This document shows positions 8,324 through 16,340 of a DNA stretch of 31,863 bases, in pieces; within the stretch, counting starts at the first letter, position 1; each line of letters opens with the position of its first letter. The notes beneath the pieces were generated by a model. It was given only the letters and a program-made list of their open reading frames with translations, did not search any database and was not told the origin of the DNA. This stretch comes from Spirochaeta sp. (GTDB lineage Bacteria; Spirochaetota; Spirochaetia; UBA9216), in contig DMKD01000004.1 in NCBI GenBank assembly GCA_003454605.1, positions 1-31,863 on the forward strand. Direction: 5' to 3'. The position numbers were made by a program, and so were the translations under genes.

Positions 8324-11095
8324 ATGACTGATACGATTTTTGAGGCATTAAAAAGGCCGAATGCTTCTCCCCTCCAGAGAGGGGCCAGGATTAAGTTTTT
8401 CTTTCAGATAACTGAAGGAGAGAGGGGCGCCTATATCAATATTGTGGACTCAAAATTCCGGGAGGTTAACCCGAATCCACACCTGTACGCGGCCCGGGAG
8501 CGCCAGCTTCTTCAGCTGATTAACCAGTTAAAAGAGAAAAACAGCCTTACCATCGACTGGGAACGCAAAGAGGATCATATATATATCGATAAACATGATT
8601 ACCTTATCCCTCTTTTAAAAGAGCTGGAGAATGTTATCGATCATGCAGGGGCCCCCGTAACCGTCGAGGAGGTTGAGGGCGAATTAAGACTGCATCTCGA
8701 AGAGACTGACAAGACCTTCGATTCACGGACATTTTTCCATGCACAGGGAAATAGTTACCGTGAGTTTACCCTCCTGTCCCGGCAGTATGTTATGACGGAT
8801 AATACAATCTATCCGGTAGCGGACGGGGGAAACAGTTTCCGCCTGTTGGAGCTTTTTAATACGAAGCTCATGAAATCCCGGCTGGAGCCCTTCCTCTCCC
8901 TCTTCTATTCCAATTTTGACCAAATCGAAGTTTGTCTTCCGGAATACACAATAACAAGAGGAGAAGCGCTAAAGACCGATCCCACCCTGATCATTCGCGA
9001 TGTCGATGAGAACAAAACCCTCCAGCTGGAAATAAAAGCGATCCTTCCGAACTTTCCCGACAACTTCCTACTTGAGTATGATATTCATTCCGTTGCCTCG
9101 GCGGATTCCGTCGAAAAGAAGATTGTTCTCCATGAACTCCTCTACACGGACCTTTCCTCAAAGATAACAGAGATAGAGAAACTCCTTAAAAAACTGAAAT
9201 CCCAGGTTGACGGAAGCTCAGATTATTATATTTCCGATAATCTTTTTATCATTGATGAAGAAATTGCCCGGCTCCTTATTTACGAACATTTGACGGAACT
9301 TATGTCCGGTTTTACAATTCTCGGCGAAGAAAAATTGAAGGGCTTTAACGTCAGAACAGTGAAACCTGAACTTAATCTCTCATTAAACCACGGTATTGAT
9401 TTTCTTGAAGGGTCAATCAATCTCGACATCGAGGGATCCGTTTTTTCATTGTATGACCTTTTCAGGGAAATAAACAAACGGTCCTACATCCCCCTTAGCG
9501 ACGGAGCTCATGGAATCATCAACAAATCTTATCTGGATAAATTGCAGAGACTTTTCAAACCGGACAATAAAACCGTAAAAATATCATTCTTCGATCTTCC
9601 TCTGGTGGAAGAACTTATCGGAAAACGGATCGCCGAAACGGTTTTTCCCAAGGCCAGGGAAATATTCCGGGGCTTTAACAACCTGAAGGACGCAAACCCC
9701 GAATTCCCGGAACTGAATGGAAAGCTCCGGGACTATCAGAAGTACGGTTTCATCTGGATGAACTACCTGCACGGCAACAACCTGGGCGGATGTCTGGCCG
9801 ATGATATGGGGTTGGGAAAAACCATTCAGGCCATAGCCCTACTTAACAAAATATACCCGAAGGAAGGCCGGTCATCTCTTCTGATAATGCCCACTACCCT
9901 CCTGGATAACTGGAAAAGAGAGATTGAAAAATTCAGCCCCGGTCTTTCCTTCTGTGTGTATCACGGACTCAAACGGGATTTTTCCCGGGCCAGCCGCAGC
10001 TCCGTGATCCTGACAACCTACGGGACCGTCCGAAACGATATCCGAACTCTGGCGGATTATGATTTTCACGCCGTCATCCTCGATGAATCTCAAAAGATAA
10101 AAAATGTCGCTTCGGGAATATCGAAAGCTGTAATGCTGCTTAAATCCGATTACCGCCTGGCCCTGAGCGGAACGCCGATAGAAAACAATCTGTTTGAACT
10201 CTACGCCCTTTTCAGATTTTTGAATCCCTCGATGTTCGGCTCGCTCCAGGATTTTTCAAAAAAGTATGCGGGACCTATCCAGAAGGATAACAACAAAGAC
10301 GCGATGCGGGAACTGCGAAAAAAGATCTACCCCTTCATCCTGCGCAGAACAAAGCAGGCGGTCCTGAAAGAGCTTCCCGACAAGATTGAACAGGTACTCT
10401 ACACGGAGATGGACCGGGAATTGACCCTGTACTATGAGGATCGGCGGCGGATGTATTATGACGCAATCAGAAACAAGATAAGCTCCCAGGGACTGAATAA
10501 AAGTAAATTTTTTATACTTCAGGCCCTGTCGGAACTCAGGCAGATCGCCAGCATCCCTGAGCGTCAGACCGACGGCCGAATGACGTCCCCAAAACTGGAA
10601 CTGCTCATCGATCAACTTATAGACACCTCCGGAAGCGGTCATAAATCCCTTGTTTTCGTTAACTTTCTCGACACCATACCTCTCATCGGAAAAAGGCTCG
10701 AACAGGAGGGCATTGAGTTTCTGACCATGTCCGGGGTCACCCGGAACCGGGGAGAGTTGGTAAGTGAATTTCAGGATAACGACCACATCAAGGTTTTTAT
10801 CATGACGCTGAAAACAGGCGGAGTCGGACTCAACCTGACCGCGGCGGATTATGTGTTTATATTTGATCCATGGTGGAATAAATCCGCGGAAAACCAGGCC
10901 GTAGACAGAACTCACAGGATCGGTCAGAAAAATACGGTTTTCAGTTACAAGCTGATAACCAGCGGCACGATAGAAGAGAAGATCTTACAGCTCCAGGAAA
11001 AGAAGAAAGAACTCTTTGATGATCTGCTTTCCAGCGAGGGCGAGGCAATAAAAAAACTCGACGAGAGAGACATCGATTATATTTTTAAGGAATAA
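8324..11095 (+). CDS. SNF2/SWI2-family superfamily 2 ATPase (DNA translocase)
   Basis: Motif I LADDMGLGKT, Ia LLIMPTTLLDNW, II ILDESQ, III ALSGTPIEN, LRRTK, IV LVFVNF, V LKTGGVGLNLT, VI QAVDRTHRIGQ. The long N-terminal extension has no obvious SWIM Cys/His motif. Confidence 0.93.
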   Translation: MTDTIFEALKRPNASPLQRGARIKFFFQITEGERGAYINIVDSKFREVNPNPHLYAARERQLLQLINQLKEKNSLTIDWERKEDHIYIDKHDYLIPLLKELENVIDHAGAPVTVEEVEGELRLHLEETDKTFDSRTFFHAQGNSYREFTLLSRQYVMTDNTIYPVADGGNSFRLLELFNTKLMKSRLEPFLSLFYSNFDQIEVCLPEYTITRGEALKTDPTLIIRDVDENKTLQLEIKAILPNFPDNFLLEYDIHSVASADSVEKKIVLHELLYTDLSSKITEIEKLLKKLKSQVDGSSDYYISDNLFIIDEEIARLLIYEHLTELMSGFTILGEEKLKGFNVRTVKPELNLSLNHGIDFLEGSINLDIEGSVFSLYDLFREINKRSYIPLSDGAHGIINKSYLDKLQRLFKPDNKTVKISFFDLPLVEELIGKRIAETVFPKAREIFRGFNNLKDANPEFPELNGKLRDYQKYGFIWMNYLHGNNLGGCLADDMGLGKTIQAIALLNKIYPKEGRSSLLIMPTTLLDNWKREIEKFSPGLSFCVYHGLKRDFSRASRSSVILTTYGTVRNDIRTLADYDFHAVILDESQKIKNVASGISKAVMLLKSDYRLALSGTPIENNLFELYALFRFLNPSMFGSLQDFSKKYAGPIQKDNNKDAMRELRKKIYPFILRRTKQAVLKELPDKIEQVLYTEMDRELTLYYEDRRRMYYDAIRNKISSQGLNKSKFFILQALSELRQIASIPERQTDGRMTSPKLELLIDQLIDTSGSGHKSLVFVNFLDTIPLIGKRLEQEGIEFLTMSGVTRNRGELVSEFQDNDHIKVFIMTLKTGGVGLNLTAADYVFIFDPWWNKSAENQAVDRTHRIGQKNTVFSYKLITSGTIEEKILQLQEKKKELFDDLLSSEGEAIKKLDERDIDYIFKE

Positions 11096-11100
11096 CCGGC

Positions 11101-13620
11101 ATGAGACATCCGCTTTTGATAGAAATAGATAATACTGAACAATGGATAATACCGGGGGAAGATCCACTAGCCTGTACTCAATGTCAGGATTTCATGCAGA
11201 GTGATTATTTTCGCTTTTCTGACGGTCGTATTCTATGCATCTCCTGCGTCATACATGAACTTCAGGAAAAAGCTTCAGAGATACTTCTTCACTCAATGCA
11301 TACAAGGGATATAGAAAAAGAAATTGACACTCTGAAAAAACACAAGAACATATCCGCCCTGCTGCCTTCATTGATATCCCTGCCGCAAAGGATTGATGCC
11401 TATGATCCGGAGGACGGGAAAGCACCTCTCCTGCTGCAAAATATTGTATCCCTCATGGGGCATACGGAGCATCCCCTTTCACCCTTTATACGGCAAAACG
11501 CCTTCAATCTCAGCGAAACCATTGGGAAGGCGGTTCTTCCGTATTGCAGGACTCATTTTGGCACGCCCGTTTGGCAGTTTTACTGCAATACCCTTATGAC
11601 GGCGGGCATTATTGCTCCGGCTGATAAGGAAGTTCAGGAAGAACTGGAAAAGGCCTGGACTCACGAAAATGAGGAAATAAAAACTTTCATTCAAGGGGTC
11701 TTCAAAAAGGAGAGCTTCGGCATCTACCATAAATCAATCAATACAAAAACTTTGGAAACATTGAAGACCATCAATATGAAATTCAAAACCATACAGGAAA
11801 ACAGAACATATTTTCTTGACACTGCGGATTTACAGGAGCTGCAGGACATCATTCTGGAGAAATATGATCTGACGAGACTTAAATCGCTCTTTGACAATTA
11901 CCTTTCCCGACTTTTCAACACTTCCGACAGGGAAGCATCTTCCGGCAGGAAAAAAAAGATTACAAAAAGAGAAATGGCGGGAATGCTTACCGTCACCCTC
12001 AAGACAAAAGAACTCTTCGACTCTTTTTTCCTTCTCCTGCCCAAGGATGTGCGGGAGATTTTCAGGACTCTTGTATGGCGAAATCAAAAACTTGATTTGA
12101 ATGGATTGGAAAAGAAATATAAAAGAAAAATTCTGATAAAGGAGAAGGGAAACCGTTACGGAAGTCGGGAAAAAATAATTGATGATTATTCTGTTTTCCA
12201 ATACCACGAAGAGTGGGATTACAGAAACGGCGACTACAACTATTATATTTACATAGACGCGAGAATAAGAAGGACAGTGAAAGGATTTTTTCCTCCTCCG
12301 GAATGGAGCGTTCTGAATTTTTTGGAAACCTTCGAGAGTTCGAATATCTTTAAGGATGAAAGGGCTTTCCTGGAAGGTGTAGAACTCATGATCCAGTATA
12401 TAGGGCACAACCCCGTCTCCTGCACCGCCACGGGAAAGATATCCGCAAAATACATCAGAGATTTCAATAAGCGATGTGAAATTGAAGAGTTCTTTGTTTC
12501 TCCGACCCAAAAGACGCTTCAATTTATCCGAACGGAAATGCTTATCAGAATCCTGAACGATATCGATAATATTGAATTTACGGAGCCGCATGAAATTATT
12601 AAAGAGATATACGGAAAGACAATAAAATCCGATGATTTTAACATGTTCATAGTCGGCACTTTTCTGAGTTATCTTAAATTCGACCGTATGGACTACAAAT
12701 ATTACTACGAAAAGGAAAACAGGCGGTTCAGTAAAAATATCCGGAAAATAATGACGAATGTCCTAAAAAACCTGGAAGAAGATAAATGGCTTGCGTTAAC
12801 GAATATATTCCTCAGTATGGATTATCATGAACAGCTTTTTTATATTTTTCCGCTTCAGGAATATAAAAACATGTTTCACTTTAACGAAACATATACTGAT
12901 TATTACGAACAGCGCGAGAAAATATACATTTCAGAAGAAAACTATGTTGAAACGGTGTTTATTCCGTTCTTCAAAGCATTTTTTCATTTTCTCGCCGCCC
13001 TCGGAATTGTCGATATGGCAGGGACTGAACCGCACAACGACTCTTTTCATCAAAATAAGCTTGACTACCTGTCCCGCTATGACGGCCTGGAAGCGGTCAG
13101 GCTGACCCCGCTTGGCTCCTATGTCCTAGGGATGTCTCCAAAGGCGCCCGAAGCCCCGGCCGATGAGGATCCATTTCAAATTCGCCTTGATGATCAGTTT
13201 CTGCTGATTCAGACAAAAGGTTCCGACAGGGTGAAGGAGTTCATCATCAATGATATTGCCGAAAAAATAAAACCGGGGAACTACCTTGTTACTTTTGATT
13301 CCTTCTTAACAAACTGTAAAGGCCTGAGAGATGTGAAAGACAAAATCGCCGTCTTCAGGGAGAAGCTGGAGAAAAATCCTCCCGATAGATTTGAATTGTT
13401 TTTCCGGGAGATTCTCGCACGTTTCAATCCCATGGAAGAAAAAAACGGTTATGCTCTGTACAAGATAAAAAACGATCCCCTTCTTATTAAATTGATCACC
13501 GAAGACCCTTACCTGAAAAAGAGCATACTGAGGGCCGAAGATTTTCATATTCTGATAAAAGAGGATAAGCTGAAACAGGTAAAACAGAAACTTGTAAAGT
13601 CGGGGTTTTATATCAGTTAA
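11101..13620 (+). CDS. Large hypothetical protein: N-terminal CxxC..CxxC zinc finger, helical region, C-terminal XPB-N/Helicase_C_3-like domain
   Basis: CTQC...CISC near the N-terminus. The C-terminal RLTPLGSYVLG...IRLDDQFLLIQ...YLVTFDSFL...LVKSGFY pattern resembles Helicase_C_3 (PF13625)-type proteins (recognised by eye). It starts 5 nt after the SNF2 stop. Confidence 0.65.
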   Translation: MRHPLLIEIDNTEQWIIPGEDPLACTQCQDFMQSDYFRFSDGRILCISCVIHELQEKASEILLHSMHTRDIEKEIDTLKKHKNISALLPSLISLPQRIDAYDPEDGKAPLLLQNIVSLMGHTEHPLSPFIRQNAFNLSETIGKAVLPYCRTHFGTPVWQFYCNTLMTAGIIAPADKEVQEELEKAWTHENEEIKTFIQGVFKKESFGIYHKSINTKTLETLKTINMKFKTIQENRTYFLDTADLQELQDIILEKYDLTRLKSLFDNYLSRLFNTSDREASSGRKKKITKREMAGMLTVTLKTKELFDSFFLLLPKDVREIFRTLVWRNQKLDLNGLEKKYKRKILIKEKGNRYGSREKIIDDYSVFQYHEEWDYRNGDYNYYIYIDARIRRTVKGFFPPPEWSVLNFLETFESSNIFKDERAFLEGVELMIQYIGHNPVSCTATGKISAKYIRDFNKRCEIEEFFVSPTQKTLQFIRTEMLIRILNDIDNIEFTEPHEIIKEIYGKTIKSDDFNMFIVGTFLSYLKFDRMDYKYYYEKENRRFSKNIRKIMTNVLKNLEEDKWLALTNIFLSMDYHEQLFYIFPLQEYKNMFHFNETYTDYYEQREKIYISEENYVETVFIPFFKAFFHFLAALGIVDMAGTEPHNDSFHQNKLDYLSRYDGLEAVRLTPLGSYVLGMSPKAPEAPADEDPFQIRLDDQFLLIQTKGSDRVKEFIINDIAEKIKPGNYLVTFDSFLTNCKGLRDVKDKIAVFREKLEKNPPDRFELFFREILARFNPMEEKNGYALYKIKNDPLLIKLITEDPYLKKSILRAEDFHILIKEDKLKQVKQKLVKSGFYIS

Positions 13621-13774
13621 GGCGTTTTTGGTTTTACTGTACCCCAAGATATTTAAATGAACGATATTACACCCCGTGTGATTAGCGACAATTATTTTTC
13701 CCTGTTCAACGACAATTATAATTTCCGTTTTCAATTTGTCAATTAAATTATCCTAAGGCAGCTCCTCAGGATAA

Positions 13775-13960
13775 TATCCAGTTCTTCCATTCGTTAAGCA
13801 GAGAATCGAACTATTTTCAGAAAATCTTCCGGAGAAAAAAACTCTAATCTATGATAATGTTCCTCAATTTACTACTATTGATTATTGCTGGTACGGGATA
13901 AAGGGAGTCAATATCTGCACAGCTGCCCCAAACATGAATGCCTATGTGGAAAGATTATGA
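13775..13960 (+). pseudogene. Remnant of an rve (integrase core, DDE) IS transposase
   Basis: Manual translation between stops: YPVLPFVKQRIELFSENLPEKKTLIYDNVPQFTTIDYCWYGIKGVNICTAAPNMNAYVERL*. It contains the second Asp (LIYDN) and catalytic Glu (PNMNAYVER) motifs. No start codon context; not in the ORF track. Confidence 0.7.
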
Positions 13961-14065
13961 AAGACCCAATTTTATGCAGATTGCACCACAACTATTACAG
14001 AAGCAGTGCTTGAAAGTCTAAAAAGCTATAGCACGGGCATCGATAGTCGACAGGTTTTGTCATGA

Positions 14066-14380
14066 TCATGAAGCCGTTGGATGAATCTTCTCATATTCTT
14101 TATTATTTTTCTCTTTAGCAATATCCAAGTCATATAATGATTGAAGATTTATCCAATATTCAGCAGATGTCCCAAAATATTTTGACAATCTTATTGCTGT
14201 ATCTGCTGTAATTTTCCTTGTTCCTTTAATGATTCTTGAAATTCTCATGGGATCTACGCCTATGCTTTTTGCCAACTCATAAGCAGAGAGTCCCATCGCT
14301 TCAAGAAAATCTTCTTTGAGGACTTCTCCTGGTGTAGTCAGTTCTATCAATTCATCACTATATTCTACTTTTTCTTCCAT
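14066..14380 (-). CDS. higA: HigA-family antitoxin (XRE HTH addiction module antidote)
   Basis: TPGEVLKEDFL...SAYELAKSIGV...RISRIIKGTRKITADTAIRLSKYFGTSAEYWINLQSLYDL is the classic HigA pattern. It lies downstream of the toxin gene. Confidence 0.92.
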   Translation of the reverse strand: MEEKVEYSDELIELTTPGEVLKEDFLEAMGLSAYELAKSIGVDPMRISRIIKGTRKITADTAIRLSKYFGTSAEYWINLQSLYDLDIAKEKNNKEYEKIHPTAS

Positions 14381-14391
14381 ATCTAAACTCC

Positions 14392-14673
14392 CTAATGATA
14401 ATCACAAAATTCAACATTATATGCATTCCCATCATCCCAAAGAAAGCAGATGCGCCATTGATCATTCACACGAATAGAATGCTGCCCTTTCCTGTCGCCT
14501 TTTAATGCCTCCAATTTATTACCAGGAGGTATTTTTAAATCATCAAGGACAACCGAACTCTCAATAGATCTTAATCCTTTCAGAGCCTTCTTTGCTAATA
14601 CAGGATGCATTCCCTTTTTCATTTTCCTATTGTATATTGCTTCAGTGTTTGTATCAGCAAAGCTTTTAATCAT
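14392..14673 (-). CDS. higB: HigB/RelE-ParE family toxin
   Basis: MIKSFAD...DLKIPPGNKLEALKGDRKGQHSIRVNDQWRICFLW...VEFCDYH is the classic HigB pattern. Toxin-first gene order. Confidence 0.92.
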   Translation of the reverse strand: MIKSFADTNTEAIYNRKMKKGMHPVLAKKALKGLRSIESSVVLDDLKIPPGNKLEALKGDRKGQHSIRVNDQWRICFLWDDGNAYNVEFCDYH

Positions 14674-14678
14674 AGACT

Positions 14679-14707
14679 ATTATAGCCCACAAGGCTAATA
14701 GCGTAAA
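14679..14707 (-). promoter_or_regulatory. Putative sigma70 promoter and operator of higBA (probably leaderless)
   Basis: Minus strand: TTTACG (14707-14702), 17 nt spacer, TATAAT (14684-14679), 5 nt, ATG. The palindrome TAGCC-N5-GGCTA (14683-14697) overlaps the spacer and -10. Confidence 0.65.
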
Positions 14708-14933
14708 GAGCTAATACACAATCCCCGATGCTGAAATTTATTAAAATTCTAATGTTGTTAGAGAAAAAGAGTGAGAACGTAGGTTACTACGTTTTATTCT
14801 TCCGGCACTAAATTCAACTCTATTATCGTTCAAGTGCATAAGGATGTAAAAAACTAATCCACAGGTTCAGGAATTGTTTAGCCTCTTAGACAGATTTCGG
14901 TGCAAGGAAGTTTTTTAACGTCATCAATCCGGT

Positions 14934-16340
14934 TTAAAGGTTGTATTTCTCAATTTTACGGGCAAGTGTCTTCCGTGTTACATCCAGCGCTTCGGCAGTT
15001 TTCGTCCTGTTTTGATCATGCTCAGAGAGCGCATTAGAAATTATGCGCTTTTCATAAAAATCTACAATATCATCAACTGCATCTTTCAGTGTTTTTCCTT
15101 TCCCGCTAGTATCCAAATCTACCCCTGACTCCTGCAAAAGATTTCCCTGAAAATTTAGGGTTTCGATTTCGGTACCCTCACATAGAAGAACAGCCTGGTT
15201 TATCATATTCTGCAGCTCTCTGACGTTCCCCGGCCATCTATACTCATGCATTAATTTAAAAAGATTTTCTTTAATGGACAAAATCTTTTTATTGTAACGC
15301 TGATTGTAGATATTAAGAAAATATACTGCGAGAAGCGATATGTCCTCTGGACGCTTTCTCAGCGGCGGAAGATGACATGAGATTACATTAAGCCTGAAAT
15401 ATAAATCCTGCCGAAACTTATTTTCTTTTATCAGCTGTTTTAAATCCCTGTTCGTAGCAGCAATCAGCCTTACATCGACATCGATCTTCTTTGTTCCGCC
15501 AACCCGCTCAAAACTCCGCTCTTCAAGAACCCTGAGAAGTTTCGCCTGCACGTCCAGCGACATATCTCCGACTTCATCCATAAAAAGCGTACCATTGTCG
15601 GCAAGTTCAAATTTCCCCAATTTCTGCTCAATTGCACCGGTAAAAGCGCCCTTCTCATGACCGAAAAGTTCACTTAAAAGGAGGCTGTCCGAAAGAGCTG
15701 CACAATTTATACCTACGAAGTTTCCGTCTTTTCGATTACTTGTAAAGTGAATATATCTCGCGAGCACCTCTTTCCCCGTGCCGCTCTCACCTGTAATCAG
15801 AACTGTAGCAGGAGAGTTCTTAATCTTGTCGGCGACACCGAGCACCTCTTTCACAGCAGGGTTATCGGTTATAAAATCATGGCAGAATACAGAGGTGAGA
15901 AGAGCCTTTTTAAGATATGTATTTTCAGTCCTCAAACATCTGATTTCAAGATTCTTTTTAACAGTTATCAGCAGCTTATCTTTCTCAATCGGTTTAAGGA
16001 TATAATCAGCAGCACCCTGCTTCATGGCCTGAACACTGCTGTTAATACTTCCGTGACCGGTTATCATTAGAACAACCAACTCAGGATCCGCCGATTTCAG
16101 CTCACCAAGAAGTTCAATGCCGTCCCGCGTACCTTTCAAACTGATATCCAATACGGCGATATCAATTTTATTTTTATTTATTATTAATACAGCTTCTTCA
16201 TAGTTTTCAGAAGAAAAAACCCGGTATCCCTCTTTTTCAAAAAGCTTCCCGAGAGCGTACCTTATCCCTTCTTCATCATCTACTATGAGGATGCTTTGTT
16301 TTTCTTTCCTTGAAGTCTCCATATTACATTCCTTGCTCAC
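14934..16340 (-). CDS. NtrC/AtoC-family sigma54-dependent response regulator (REC, AAA+, Fis HTH)
   Basis: Receiver (LIVDDE, VLDISL), Walker A GESGTGKE, GAFTGA loop, Walker B FMDEV, RQDLYFRL, WPGNVREL and a C-terminal HTH (RTKTAEALDVTRKTL). Confidence 0.95.
   Translation of the reverse strand: MSKECNMETSRKEKQSILIVDDEEGIRYALGKLFEKEGYRVFSSENYEEAVLIINKNKIDIAVLDISLKGTRDGIELLGELKSADPELVVLMITGHGSINSSVQAMKQGAADYILKPIEKDKLLITVKKNLEIRCLRTENTYLKKALLTSVFCHDFITDNPAVKEVLGVADKIKNSPATVLITGESGTGKEVLARYIHFTSNRKDGNFVGINCAALSDSLLLSELFGHEKGAFTGAIEQKLGKFELADNGTLFMDEVGDMSLDVQAKLLRVLEERSFERVGGTKKIDVDVRLIAATNRDLKQLIKENKFRQDLYFRLNVISCHLPPLRKRPEDISLLAVYFLNIYNQRYNKKILSIKENLFKLMHEYRWPGNVRELQNMINQAVLLCEGTEIETLNFQGNLLQESGVDLDTSGKGKTLKDAVDDIVDFYEKRIISNALSEHDQNRTKTAEALDVTRKTLARKIEKYNL

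Noticed and set aside
10256-10915. 219 aa antisense ORF inside the SNF2 gene
   Set aside because: Typical shadow frame from codon bias; no motifs.
11830-12591. 253 aa antisense ORF inside the SNF2 partner
   Set aside because: Shadow frame with hydrophobic/Phe-rich composition mirroring the Lys/Glu-rich sense strand.
13306-13734. 142 aa minus-strand ORF starting MKTEIIIVVEQGKIIVA, and the CGACAATTAT direct repeat at 13686/13710
   Set aside because: Mostly antisense to the partner gene. The N-terminus faintly resembles an ABC-ATPase tail and the repeat could be an IS end, but neither can be supported from the sequence alone.
14735-14793. AT-rich palindrome AATTTTA-T-TAAAATT and small hairpin AACGTAG-GTTA-CTACGTT
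   Set aside because: Low-complexity or weak stems. They may be a poor terminator but are not supportable.
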